64,000 bases of DNA, from positions 3,360,001-3,424,000 of the forward strand of contig OZ241917.1 of assembly GCA_965203805.1 (NCBI GenBank), given 5' to 3'. The stretch comes from Candidatus Latescibacterota bacterium. GTDB lineage: Bacteria > Latescibacterota > UBA2968 > GCA-2709665. This document shows positions 49,229-59,381 of this stretch, one piece after another; the stretch's first letter is position 1, and each line of letters opens with the position of its first letter. Position numbers and translations under genes: made by a program. The notes beneath the pieces are model-generated. The model did no database searches. It was not told the DNA's origin and saw nothing but the letters and a program-made list of their open reading frames with translations.

Positions 49229-51542
49229 ACTTGTGGCGGAGGGACCTTATCGCCGAGCGCAACGACCTCGTATCGACGCTTCCTCTCCTGCGCCAGACCG
49301 TTCCCAACAGATGTTCGTGCGTCAATATCGTGCCTGCGTTCATTGAAAGTTCGACCAGCAGCCGATACTCGATAACGGTCAACCTTACGTCGCGGCCGCC
49401 AAGGGCAACCCGACGCCGTGCGTAGTCAATGGTCAACTCGCCCAGAACAAGGGGCGTCTTCGGCAGACTCTGGACGGTCACCATCGACTTACGCAGCGCC
49501 ACCCGGATTCGGGACACCAGTTCCGTCGGAGAAAAGGGCTTGATTATGTAGTCCGCGGCGCCTGCCGATAACGCCCGGTCAATGGCTTCTTCGTGAGCGT
49601 ATGCCGAAAGAAAGACGACCGGTATGTCCGCGTCATTGAAGACAGTCCGCATCATCTCAATACCGTCGGTCCCCGGCAGAACCAGACCGAGCAGGACAAG
49701 CGAGGGACGGTGTTGTTCCACGAGCCCCGGTACTTCCTCCGGGTCGCCCGTTGTCACCGGCACGAAGCCCACTTTTTTCAGGGCTTCCCGTACGTTGCGC
49801 AACACCTGCGGGTCGTCGTCCACGACCAGGATGGGCGTTCGCCCCGTGCGGTTTCCGCCGTTCAACGCCTGAGGCCGATTCCGACACATGGCGTGGGCAA
49901 TGTCTCCCGCGTTCTCAGCGATGGGTATGGTAAACGTGACGCTGGTTCCCAGACCCACGCCGTCGCTTTCAACCCATATTCGTCCCCCGTGGGCTTCTAC
50001 GATTCCCTTGCAGATGGCCAGTCCCCACCCTGATCCCTCGGCGTTGCGATGCCCCTCCTCCGTGTTGTAAGGGACAATGTTGCGAAATATGTGCGGCAGG
50101 CGCTCGGCTGAGATTCCTCGTCCCTTGTCAACCACGCAAAAAGCCACGTGCATTCCCTTCTGCGAGGCAGTTATCCGTAGCGGTGAATTCTCAGGTGAAT
50201 GCCTGCCCGCGTTCGAAAGCAGATTCACAAGAACCTGCCTGACACGCATCCGGTCCGCGTTCACCGGCGGGAGTTCGGGCGGCAGCTCAATCAGAATGTC
50301 GTTCTCGCCGCCACTGCTCAAGAACGTGTTACGGGCGCTGTCCACCAGTATGGTAACCGGCATGGGTTCGGGATTGACCTGAAGGGTACCCGTCCTGATA
50401 CGTCCGACGTCCAGCAGGTCGTTGACCATTTCGCTCATCTGATCGGCGTGTTGATTTATGATGCGGAAAAACTGGTCGATCTCGGACCTGCCCAGAGCGA
50501 GACGATCACCCAGCACCATTGCGGCGGATCCCTTGATGGCAGCAAGCGGCGCCATCAACTCGTGGCTCACAATGGCCAGAAAATCGGACCGCTGCCGTTC
50601 CAATTCCTCCAGGAAAGTTGTGTCCTGTACCGTCACGACAATGGATTCCACGCCCCCATCTTCCAATAAGATGGGGGTAAAATTGAGCAGAGCCGTGACC
50701 CGATCCCCGTTCGGACCTTCGACGATGATTTCTTCGGAACGCACTGACGCGGCGCTACCAAGCACTTTGGTTACAGACATCTCCGCGGAAGAAAGCTCAC
50801 GTCCGTCGGCGCGGCGAACCTTTACATTCTTGAGAATTTCTTCAAGCGAACGATTCTGTATCTGCAGGACATGCATGATCCTTGCCGACTCGCGGTTGGA
50901 CGAGATCACGTCTCCGGTCCTGGCGCTGAAGACCGTGACACCGATCGGCGACGTCTTGACCAACGCTTCCAGGTCCGCCCTCGCACGCTGTTCGTCCCGG
51001 TATCGCCGCACGTTGGTAATCATCAACGCCGCATGGGTGGAGAACATCACCAGCATCGTTTCATCTTCAGGAGTGAACGCCCTGCCTCCTTGCTTCTCCG
51101 CAAGAAAGAAAGTACCGACTCGCTCGCCACGGTGGTGCATCGGCACCGCGAGAAACGTCAATGAAGAACTCGCCGGCATTGGCGGACGGAACTCGGGCAG
51201 ACCCAAACACCGAATATGGCTGTTTAAATCCTGCAATCGCAGTGGCTCCTCAATAAAACCGAAGTGTCTGAAGAGTACCTCGTTCTCCCGCGACTTGCAT
51301 ATCTGTTGGGCTTGACTGCGAGACAGTCCGGACACAAGACAGTCCTTAACCCGCCCATCGTCTTCCAACAGTGTCATCATCCCGTACCTGGCGTCAGTCA
51401 AGGATCGGGTGCTGTCCAGAATGGTCTGCAATATGGCCGTGGAGTCGATGTCTTCGTTGATATGGGAGAAGGTCTCGACAATGCGGTCCAAGCGTTCTTG
51501 CAGTTGCTCTACCTCTCGTTCCAGGTCCCTTGGTGCGATCAT
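49152..51542 (-). CDS. Cytoplasmic hybrid sensor-regulator: GAF-PAS-HisKA-HATPase-REC-OmpR wHTH
   Basis: FTPEDE (GAF), PAS, SHELMAPL (H-box), NLLSNA, DKGRG, GWGLAIC, VVDDDP and KPFS (REC), LTVIEYRLL and IRSLRHKLGDD..PRVGYR (wHTH). No TM segment. Confidence 0.92.
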   Translation of the reverse strand: MIAPRDLEREVEQLQERLDRIVETFSHINEDIDSTAILQTILDSTRSLTDARYGMMTLLEDDGRVKDCLVSGLSRSQAQQICKSRENEVLFRHFGFIEEPLRLQDLNSHIRCLGLPEFRPPMPASSSLTFLAVPMHHRGERVGTFFLAEKQGGRAFTPEDETMLVMFSTHAALMITNVRRYRDEQRARADLEALVKTSPIGVTVFSARTGDVISSNRESARIMHVLQIQNRSLEEILKNVKVRRADGRELSSAEMSVTKVLGSAASVRSEEIIVEGPNGDRVTALLNFTPILLEDGGVESIVVTVQDTTFLEELERQRSDFLAIVSHELMAPLAAIKGSAAMVLGDRLALGRSEIDQFFRIINQHADQMSEMVNDLLDVGRIRTGTLQVNPEPMPVTILVDSARNTFLSSGGENDILIELPPELPPVNADRMRVRQVLVNLLSNAGRHSPENSPLRITASQKGMHVAFCVVDKGRGISAERLPHIFRNIVPYNTEEGHRNAEGSGWGLAICKGIVEAHGGRIWVESDGVGLGTSVTFTIPIAENAGDIAHAMCRNRPQALNGGNRTGRTPILVVDDDPQVLRNVREALKKVGFVPVTTGDPEEVPGLVEQHRPSLVLLGLVLPGTDGIEMMRTVFNDADIPVVFLSAYAHEEAIDRALSAGAADYIIKPFSPTELVSRIRVALRKSMVTVQSLPKTPLVLGELTIDYARRRVALGGRDVRLTVIEYRLLVELSMNAGTILTHEHLLGTVWRRRGSVDTRSLRSAIRSLRHKLGDDARRPTYIFNQPRVGYRLGAGV

Positions 51543-51739
51543 CGAATTCTCCTACGACGGTGGCACGGCTCCTGTCTCGCGAGCCTTCAGCAGACAGGTC
51601 ACGAGACCTGCTGCCTCCACCCTTCCGGTTTACAATCATTCCCGCCTGGCGAAATTTCACTCATAAATAACCGTTATCGGCCAACTTTCAACAGATGCAT
51701 CACGCGTTTATGTGTAAGTTTGTTCTTATAGAAATCAAT

Positions 51740-51826
51740 CGCGGCGATTCAGGCGTAAAAGCCTGATCAAGCGTGATGGATCTATTGAAATAATATAGCA
51801 TTGCGGATTCCACATGTCAATTGGAA
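51740..51826 (+). promoter_or_regulatory. Shared upstream element, part 1, copy A (11-bp-periodic direct repeat TATTGAAATAA-TATAGCATTGC)
   Basis: Homologous to 55309-55380 and 61012-61058. Confidence 0.6.
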
Positions 51827-52033
51827 CGCCAGGAAGCGAGTGCTCTCCGGTTTGCCATTTGGATCGTATGGGTGTTCTCGAAATCGTGTCAGCATCAAAC
51901 GATGGATGAAGGAGGGTTTGTATTCTTTAGGGTTGGATTTCTGGTCCTTTGCACTACCCGATGAGAGAGTTCATTTGGCGTTCCACGAACGGTAGAGAAA
52001 TGTCAATAACGTCGTAAGTGGAGGTATCGTTGC

Positions 52034-52276
52034 ATGTTTAAAACGTTGACCCCAAAACCACTTCCCGTAGTACTGCGCACTCAAGCGTGGCCCACGGGAA
52101 CGACCGATCGGCAGAATGTCATTGTGCTGACGTTAGGGACAATTGATCCCGCAAATGAGGAAACTGAAATCAAGGATATCGTAGTTGCGATGACCCTACG
52201 GGAAGCAGCAGGGCTGATTAAAACGCTGGCGGGGGAGATATACGGGGTGGTGAGTCACTACGGGAAAGCAAGGTAG
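52034..52276 (+). CDS. Small hypothetical protein (80 aa)
   Basis: GGAGGT RBS and a globular-looking alpha/beta sequence. No recognisable family. Confidence 0.55.
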   Translation: MFKTLTPKPLPVVLRTQAWPTGTTDRQNVIVLTLGTIDPANEETEIKDIVVAMTLREAAGLIKTLAGEIYGVVSHYGKAR

Positions 52277-52333
52277 CGAATGCACTGGTAGACTCGCTGT
52301 GCATTATTCGCCGACGACACTAAAGCAGGGCAG

Positions 52334-52432
52334 GCAGGTTGACGAACAAGCACGGATTCCTGCTCCGGGGCGGTCAAGCGGTGTGACGCGCATGCAAAGG
52401 GCAGCCGACAGTAACGCATACTTCGGCTACAC
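52334..52432 (+). promoter_or_regulatory. Shared upstream element, part 2, copy A
   Basis: Homologous to 61079-61180, with an exact 24-mer GGGCGGTCAAGCGGTGTGACGCGC (52368 and 61113). Confidence 0.55.
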
Positions 52433-52670
52433 CTGCTTCAACGGCAAGTTGGGGTTGTGATCGTCTTGGAGCTTCCAACTATCGTGCTGAAAGTTCGGGC
52501 GAGCCCTTAGGGTCCATCTCAGGAAGTGGAAAGACGGAATGAGTTTATGGATAAGTCGTATATCAGCATTGGCCGAAAGCCATGGCCAACAATCATCCTT
52601 GTGATTGGTGCGGTTTTAATTCCGATCTCGCGAATTGGAAATCAATCAACTCCGGAGGTAAGGTGGCATT

Positions 52671-53660
52671 GTGTTCTTGTTTTATCTGTTATTGACGCTT
52701 GATGTTCATGCTCAACTCCCCGAAAGGGAACTACCGATTCTTCGATTACCTGATGGTCAACCGATCATGGTCCGCATGGCCGAGGATAAGAGACTCTGGG
52801 TATACAACACGACTACGGGCGCCGCAATTAGCCCCTTGCAGGATTTTCGTGAGCAGGTCGCCGGACGACAACCCGGTGGCACTACCGTGTTGAACGAACG
52901 CCCTCGGGACATGGTTGGAAGGTGGGAGTATAAGCCGCATTCCACCAGGGACACTGTTAGTGTCTTAAAGCTATGGGAGGATGGACGTTATCAAAAATAC
53001 TTCCGAACCGTTTCTACTTTATCGATACGACGTGTTTTAATTGATACGTGGGGGGCTGATTCAATACGAATGGATATTGTGGCTGACTCATTGGCTCTGG
53101 AGGATTCAAAATTCGATGAATTTCTCAGGGGAGAGGGTCAGATATTTACGCTGGAGTCTGTCGGTACCTGGGGTGTTGAAGATGATTCACTTCGTGCTTT
53201 CCCCAAGCGATATGACTTGTCGGTAAATAATCTACAGAAGGCCAAAGTGGGAGAATTCTGGTCTGAAGTTGTTCCACTTGTTATGCCTGAAGATGGTGAA
53301 GACTGGACAGGTTTTGTTGCGCTCTTCTATACGCTGTTGAACCTCAGTTATGAACTGAATGTCCTATTTGAATCCTCAAATAATCTGGGCGCACCTTCCG
53401 TGGGAGAATCTAACAGAACCGTATTGATACTGACAGATGCCGAAGGTGGCGAACAGTGGCTGACACAGACTCATTGGAACCCGGCTTCGGCAGATGTTAA
53501 TGCGGATCGCGAAGTTAATTTCACTGACTTTGTGATATTTGCTCGAGGGTTCGGCCAGGAAATCGAGAACCTGGTATTTGATGAACGTTTGGATCTTGAC
53601 GGAGACGGGAGCATCGCATGGAATGACTTTCTGATTTTCGCTCAACAAATGGGTCGGTAA
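52671..53660 (+). CDS. Secreted protein with C-terminal EF-hand/dockerin-like pair
   Basis: Short signal-like N-terminus (..VHA-Q). C-terminal ADVNADREVNFTDFVIFARGFG and LDLDGDGSIAWNDFLIFAQQMG. Confidence 0.75.
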   Translation: MFLFYLLLTLDVHAQLPERELPILRLPDGQPIMVRMAEDKRLWVYNTTTGAAISPLQDFREQVAGRQPGGTTVLNERPRDMVGRWEYKPHSTRDTVSVLKLWEDGRYQKYFRTVSTLSIRRVLIDTWGADSIRMDIVADSLALEDSKFDEFLRGEGQIFTLESVGTWGVEDDSLRAFPKRYDLSVNNLQKAKVGEFWSEVVPLVMPEDGEDWTGFVALFYTLLNLSYELNVLFESSNNLGAPSVGESNRTVLILTDAEGGEQWLTQTHWNPASADVNADREVNFTDFVIFARGFGQEIENLVFDERLDLDGDGSIAWNDFLIFAQQMGR

Positions 53661-53692
53661 ATGAGGCAGGAAAGACGATTCTGGTTCTTTGA

Positions 53693-54460
53693 GAGAGGAT
53701 CGTCTCTCGAGTCTTCAGCAGGCAGGTAACGAGGTCTTGCCGCGTCCAGCCTTTTGCGGTTCACGAACATTCCCGCCTGGCGATTTTCCACGAACAGGTA
53801 GACCTGAATGGGGATGGGGTTATAGATTTCGCTGATTTTTTGTCCTTTTCAAAGTTATTCGGAACAACGGTTACTGATACCGGCCAGCCGGATTTAACCA
53901 TAACCATGCTCTCGATCGATTTTATAGTTTCCGATCCTGATTCTTCAGCCAGTGTGATTGGTATTGATGTACACAATCGCGGTGACAAAAATTCGCCTCC
54001 CGCCACGGTACGATTTTATCGCTCAAATGATGAAACCATTAATCGAGAAGATACCGAACTCGGAGAAGCCGAAGTTCCTGCTCTAGCGGCTCACGATTCC
54101 ATCTATGTAGGTTTCGATACAAAGCCTCTGGACCCAGGGGAGTATTATTTCGGCGCCTGTGTGGACGCTGTAGACGATGAATCAAATACCGAAAACAACT
54201 GTTCAACCTCATTCAAGATCACCGTATCCAGGAAGACCGATCCCACCGAACCCAGGAGCCTGGGCAAGTGTGAAGCCCGAATGGTAGTAAAACCCAATGA
54301 GGAATGTACGCTTACCAACGGGGTATTTCGCAATATTGGTGGAGGTTGCTATAACTACACACCGTTTGGTTCCGGACGATTCTGCTCTGCCAGTTTTAAC
54401 TTGAATGGGTTCCAGGGTACCCGGGTTGGTGATGATTTTCGAATTGACGTTGTGCCGTAA
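53693..54460 (+). pseudogene. 5'-truncated gene: EF-hand motif, CARDB-like Ig domain and Cys-rich tail
   Basis: The frame is open from 53693 with DLNGDGVIDFADFLSFSKLFG upstream of the first start codon (TTG 53840). It then encodes PDLTI..VHNRGD..YYFGACVD..DESNTENNCS (CARDB-like). No signal peptide. Confidence 0.6.
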
Positions 54461-54790
54461 TTTTGTGCCCGGAAGCGGCAGACAACCGGCGTTCGCTGAT
54501 TTCAAACAAAGGATCACTGCGGCATCTTAAGGTGATACCGCACTCAGATCAGAAATCGGCGCGTTTTTGTTGATGAAAAGGAATTGGCTATAGCCACAGT
54601 TGAAGAACTCACTAATCTGCTAAAGAAACACAAGACAGCACCGATCGTTAACCAAACCCGTTATCTATATAAGCAGACAGTCGTTCGCATTGGGGAATAC
54701 AATGGAGGTTCTGGACAAATACGGAAGTAGTTACAAACACCAATCCACTGACCTTGGTGAACATATCCTTGATTAGCCTTAATTCGATAC

Positions 54791-55275
54791 GTGCGCCGTG
54801 AAAAGGCGCGTAACTCCAGTGGGTGAGAATCCCGCCCGACGAAATTTGCTGCCGCCTACCTCCGCCGGATGCTCGGCAGGCATCTCCGTAACAACCGGAG
54901 AGGGGACGCGGGTAACGACATCTCCGAAGCTTCCGGTGTAGAGGGTCGCAATGCGACTTGACGAGTATGTGCGTCGTCAATGTCGGCTTTTTGGACCTGG
55001 ATACGGGGAAATGAGACCTTTAGCGGCGATTATTGCCAAAAGGGCGGGATCCGGTCGGGCGCTGAAACGAGCAACGGCGCCGGGCGCTTCGCTCCAGGGC
55101 TACCGGACTCCGTGGCCTGGCCGAGATCCCGTCCAGGGCGCGAGGGGCAGACATCCGGGTCAGTATCAAGAACCGCACGGGTCGTCATCCGGAGATTAGC
55201 TGTGGCTCAAACCTGGTTCCGCGGCCTGGGCCGCACTATTCATCGTTCGCCACCGTGACCGTCGTATATGGCTAT
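54791..55275 (+). mobile_element. Degraded group II intron remnant (5' domain I plus possible 3' end of the RT gene)
   Basis: GTGCG start, GCGCC/GGCGC hairpin, GGGTGAGAATCCC and GGTAAC..CGAAGC. Downstream QTWFRGLG..stop followed by GACCGTCGTAT. Confidence 0.5.
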
Positions 55276-55308
55276 TGACGTGTTAATTTGTCTTGAAAAG
55301 AGATGAAA

Positions 55309-55380
55309 CGCGGCATTGCGGGTAGAAACGGCTAATTTAGCGTGATGTATCTGTTGAAATAATGTAGCAATTCTGATTCT
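55309..55380 (+). promoter_or_regulatory. Shared upstream element, part 1, copy B (TGTTGAAATAA-TGTAGCAATTC)
   Basis: AGCGTGATG.ATCT.TTGAAATAAT.TAGCA shared with 51770-51800, and TAGCAATTCTGATTC shared with 61030-61044. Confidence 0.6.
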
Positions 55381-55515
55381 ACGACTTCAGGGATAGTCTA
55401 CCCGGGAACTCAATTCGCCTTTGATCTTCGGGGAAAATTCGATTTCAGGCTGCCGAAGAATGAAGAATCAAATTTGGAGTGTGTTTTATGCCATTTTATA
55501 GTCCAGGAGGGCAAA

Positions 55516-56610
55516 ATGTCCAATAAAATCTCCGCGTTATTCTTTCTTGTCTTCGTCTTTGCCGCTCATACGTACGCGCAATCCGACTATCTGGTCTATA
55601 CCGTTGGGGAAAAAGCGGAAATCCCGCTGCCCGAAAAGATCGATCTTATCGAGACGAAGTATCTGGTGAATTTGAAGTGGGGATCGTATTCTGGGCCGCA
55701 ATCCAGAGTTATGGTGTTGCCGATAAAAAATCTCGCCGCGCGGCGAAGGGTGTCCGTGAACGAAATCGAAGCGATAGTTATAGACGTGATCAATCAGACG
55801 AACCGTTTTCGCCTGGTCGAACGTCAGGTTCTCAACTCGGTCCTCGGTGAGCAGGACCTGGGAGAATCCGGACGCCTCGCCACGCCATCGGCGGCAAAAA
55901 TCGGCAAGGTGCTTGGAGCGCAATATATGATGAAGGTCGTCATCACGGACTATGAAGAGAACGTATCGGGCGGTAGCGGTGGCGGCATCGGTGGCGTATT
56001 AAAAAAAGCGGCGGCGGTGGGTGGCGTCGGGATTTCGAAATCCGAAAGTCGAGTCGGAATGGCATTTCGCCTGATCGATGCAGAGACGAGCGAAGTGTTA
56101 TTCTCGAAACAGATTGAATCGAGAATCAAAAAATCCGGACTGAAAGTCGGTGGCGGCCTTCTATTTGGAAGGCGAGCATTCGGTGGCGCCGTATTCTCCA
56201 AATACGCCAAGACACCCATTGGTCAAGCGGTCATTGCCGGGGTTAACAAGGGCGTCTTTGAGCTGGTCAAACAGATTGGCAGCCTGCCCGCTACCGGTCG
56301 CGTTATCAAGGCCGCAGGCAACAAGGTCTGGATAAACATCGGCAATGAGGTCGTTTCGTCGGGCGACGTGCTCAAGATCGAGTCAAAAGGCGAGGAATTG
56401 ATCGATCCGGATACCGGAATCAGCCTGGGCAGCGACGACACGGAAATTGGCACGATACGTGTGAATATGGCTCAGGAGAAGTTCAGCATCGCCGAAATCG
56501 TCTCCATCAGTGGGACGGTGAATCGCGGAGACAAGGTGATTTCTACGGTACCTCCGCCGCGTATCGAGTTTGCAGATCGGTGGGAGAAACCGAAACGGGG
56601 CCAATTCTGA
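55516..56610 (+). CDS. CsgG/HfaB-family protein with FlgT-like C-terminal domain
   Basis: Signal peptide, RFRLVERQVLNSVLGEQDL..AAKIGKVLGAQY, RLIDAETSEV, and LIDPDTGISLG in the C-terminal domain. AGGAGG RBS. Confidence 0.82.
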   Translation: MSNKISALFFLVFVFAAHTYAQSDYLVYTVGEKAEIPLPEKIDLIETKYLVNLKWGSYSGPQSRVMVLPIKNLAARRRVSVNEIEAIVIDVINQTNRFRLVERQVLNSVLGEQDLGESGRLATPSAAKIGKVLGAQYMMKVVITDYEENVSGGSGGGIGGVLKKAAAVGGVGISKSESRVGMAFRLIDAETSEVLFSKQIESRIKKSGLKVGGGLLFGRRAFGGAVFSKYAKTPIGQAVIAGVNKGVFELVKQIGSLPATGRVIKAAGNKVWINIGNEVVSSGDVLKIESKGEELIDPDTGISLGSDDTEIGTIRVNMAQEKFSIAEIVSISGTVNRGDKVISTVPPPRIEFADRWEKPKRGQF

Positions 56611-56670
56611 GGGCTTATAATCCCTACGACTTCAGTTTCAAAAGCAACCTCCAATTTGCAGTGAATGATT

Positions 56671-56925
56671 GGGCAAGTACTATTTTTAGTTGAAAAACGA
56701 GAGGCGGTTTGGTCGGCGGAGTAGGCCTCTTGAGCGTCATGATCGAGTTGGATCTGAGTGTGGGAAGAAATCGGTATCCTTTGATTCTTCGCAATCGTGG
56801 CTGTATATCCAACAGCGCGGCTGCCAACCACCGATATCGCTGATCGGAGTTGTTCCATCGTTTTACATTCCGTTTGCGCTGTGCGACCATAGCGTTGAGG
56901 GATTCGATACGGGTAGCAATTGGCC
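56671..56925 (-). mobile_element. IS256-family remnant (transposase C-terminus and right end)
   Basis: IESLNAMVAQRKRNVKRWNNSDQRYRWLAAALLDIQPRLRRIKGY, followed by TTTCAACTAAAAATAGTACTTGCCC. Confidence 0.75.
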
Positions 56926-56956
56926 CTCTTGTACGTCCATATTCAATCATTAGCTT

Positions 56957-56997
56957 TATTTCGTCAATGCGGCGTGAAAAGGCGCATTGACGAAATA
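56957..56997. other. Perfect 15-bp-stem hairpin
   Basis: TATTTCGTCAATGCG-GCGTGAAAAGG-CGCATTGACGAAATA. Confidence 0.7.
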
Positions 56998-57113
56998 TGG
57001 TCTGAAGGGAGGTAGTGATGTAGAAGCACAAACAGGACACGTGGCCTTTGGTTTAGCCTGGCTGCCCGATGTTGGCACAGCAGATGCGGATGTTGATAAA
57101 TAAGGAGAATAGT

Positions 57114-57857
57114 ATGCGATGGTTTGTTCTAATAGTGCTGGTGGTGTTTGCATCAGTTTTAATCGCCCAGGAATCGACGGTTGAACACATCCCCGGAGAT
57201 ATAAACCGTGACGGAACGGTTGACTTTCAAGACTTTCTTGAATTGGCGAAGAATTTTGGCAAAACTGGCCCCCCACCAACACCTGTGACGCCTGATACGG
57301 TTACAGTCGAAGTCGAGGTAGAAGTAATTGTACGAGACACAGTTCGTATTCGGGAGACTATCCAAGTCCCCGGTCCGAGCGCACGGGTACAACGGGCTCA
57401 GAAGATGTTTGGTTATTGGACGTTTTATTGGGCCACATTAGAAGATCATTATCTCTTTGGACACACCTTTCAGGAAGATGAAACCGACAAGACAAAAGAA
57501 GTATTATACAGCGGTGTGAGTGATTTAGGGACAGTCGCTTTTGGCCGGTGGAATACGGACAGACAGCAGTATGGTTTTCTGCACCGTATAATTCAAGACG
57601 GGCAAAAGTACTATTATCTGTTTGACTGGGAAACCGGCAATGGTGCTATATACTCGATCGACGGCGATAATTCATACAAGATTAGTGATTTCAAAGCTGG
57701 TAGTGGCCGAAAACCGGCATACGGGGGATTCAAAGAATGGGTCACTGCGGCCAGCAAAGTGGTACCACAGACGAACCATGGACCAGCTCCACCTGAAGTT
57801 ATCGCCGAGGCGATGGATCTTCAGAGAGAACTAGAGGCAATGGGAGTCAATTGGTAG
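57114..57857 (+). CDS. Secreted protein with N-terminal EF-hand/dockerin-like motif
   Basis: AAGGAG RBS, signal peptide, GDINRDGTVDFQDFLELAKNFG, then a Pro/Thr-rich linker. Confidence 0.8.
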   Translation: MRWFVLIVLVVFASVLIAQESTVEHIPGDINRDGTVDFQDFLELAKNFGKTGPPPTPVTPDTVTVEVEVEVIVRDTVRIRETIQVPGPSARVQRAQKMFGYWTFYWATLEDHYLFGHTFQEDETDKTKEVLYSGVSDLGTVAFGRWNTDRQQYGFLHRIIQDGQKYYYLFDWETGNGAIYSIDGDNSYKISDFKAGSGRKPAYGGFKEWVTAASKVVPQTNHGPAPPEVIAEAMDLQRELEAMGVNW

Positions 57858-57888
57858 AATACCAATGGCTATTCAACGGGAGGGTGAG

Positions 57889-58386
57889 ATGAAACGGTTT
57901 CTCGTAGTAATGTTGTTGCTTGCAGGTATTCCGAAATTCGCAATGGCTCAAGAATCAACGGAAGTGGCTATGGGCGCTCGTCTCGGCTTAAGTAATGTCT
58001 CTGGCCTTTTTGCCTTGGAACTACAAGGGGCAAATATAATGGGCAGTGTGGGTTGGATGCCTGCTTTCGGCGATGGAGCAGAGAGTATATTCAGACCGCT
58101 ACGCATTGCTTTGGCTCTGCGTGCTAAAGTGAAGAAAATCGGACACAGTCCGGTTCTGAGTATTTCGTTTATGACAAGGTATGCCGGTTATAATTACGGT
58201 ACCGGGGTCAAGGCCTTTCCTTTCTTATCTGCATCCGTTGGCTATCGAATTCTAATCGGTGATAAGGCAGATCTGATCATTGGCGGGGGACTTGGTTTAA
58301 ATGTGGGTCTTGATGAATTGGGAAAGGTTGCCGGACTAAAACGTCTCTGGCCGGCGATTGACCTGACCGTTGGTATTTTGCCTTGA
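57889..58386 (+). CDS. Probable small outer-membrane beta-barrel protein
   Basis: Signal peptide (AMA-Q), Gly-rich amphipathic strands, and C-terminal LTVGILP. Confidence 0.6.
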   Translation: MKRFLVVMLLLAGIPKFAMAQESTEVAMGARLGLSNVSGLFALELQGANIMGSVGWMPAFGDGAESIFRPLRIALALRAKVKKIGHSPVLSISFMTRYAGYNYGTGVKAFPFLSASVGYRILIGDKADLIIGGGLGLNVGLDELGKVAGLKRLWPAIDLTVGILP

Positions 58387-58403
58387 GTTGAGGAGAACCC
58401 GCA

Positions 58404-59381
58404 ATGCGAATACGCAGTATATCCATCGCGATATTATTGGTGAGTTGCGGACCGGCAACCCATGTCACTTTGTCCATAAAACGACCTGCCGAAATACACC
58501 TTGAAGGGATAGATAACCTGGCGATTGCAGAGATTAAAGGACGTGGTGAAGGCAAACTGGCAACGCTAGGTGATTTATTGCGGATTGGTGCTGGCGGCGA
58601 ATCTAAACGCGCTGGGAAAGAACGGTTGGTCGCGGAATTACGTACCGCTCTTGTTGCGTCTGAACGGTTCAGGTTGTTGAGTCTTCACGCACAATTGGAC
58701 TCAACTGCCAGACAACGAACGGCGGCGATTTACGGCGAAATCGTGCGCTACGATTATGATGAAGATTTAGACTGGAAGGACGAAAAGCGCACAAACAAGA
58801 AAACCAAAGTGACGAGAACTGTGCGAAAGTTTACTCGTACTGGTACTGTAGATGTTGGAATCACACTTCGTGTGTTGGATCTGACTACCTCGCGCATTCT
58901 GGCTGAACGTCATTTCCGTGACCGAAATAGTACCACCAACAAGAGTGAGGACACGAAACCCAATGCAATTCGCTCAGGTCCTCTATTCGATAGAGCCCGT
59001 GCAAAAATTGTCCGAAATTTCGTACGTATGATATCTCCGTATGTAGAATTCGTACGGGTTTCTTTCGAGACGGACAAAGAAATACCCGAATTGGCCCAAG
59101 GGTACGCATTGGCAAAGGTCAATGATTGGGATGGGGCGATCGATATCTTTAGATCGGTAGTAGCGACTCAGCCCCATTCTCCCAAGATTCATACAGCACA
59201 TTACAATTTGGGCCTCTCCTATATGTACACGGATCGGTTCGATGAGGCCAGATCATCTTTTCGCAATGCGCTCCTGGGCAAGTCTTCCGATAAGTACGAA
59301 CGGGCAATGACAGAGTTGACAAAGCGTATTAGTGACAAACAACGGCTCATCGAACAGGGTGAAGTTCCAATCGAACAATAA
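58404..59381 (+). CDS. Lipoprotein, CsgG-like fold with C-terminal TPR
   Basis: Lipobox LVS-C, RVLDLTTSRILAE, and AHYNLGLSY TPR. Confidence 0.72.
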   Translation: MRIRSISIAILLVSCGPATHVTLSIKRPAEIHLEGIDNLAIAEIKGRGEGKLATLGDLLRIGAGGESKRAGKERLVAELRTALVASERFRLLSLHAQLDSTARQRTAAIYGEIVRYDYDEDLDWKDEKRTNKKTKVTRTVRKFTRTGTVDVGITLRVLDLTTSRILAERHFRDRNSTTNKSEDTKPNAIRSGPLFDRARAKIVRNFVRMISPYVEFVRVSFETDKEIPELAQGYALAKVNDWDGAIDIFRSVVATQPHSPKIHTAHYNLGLSYMYTDRFDEARSSFRNALLGKSSDKYERAMTELTKRISDKQRLIEQGEVPIEQ

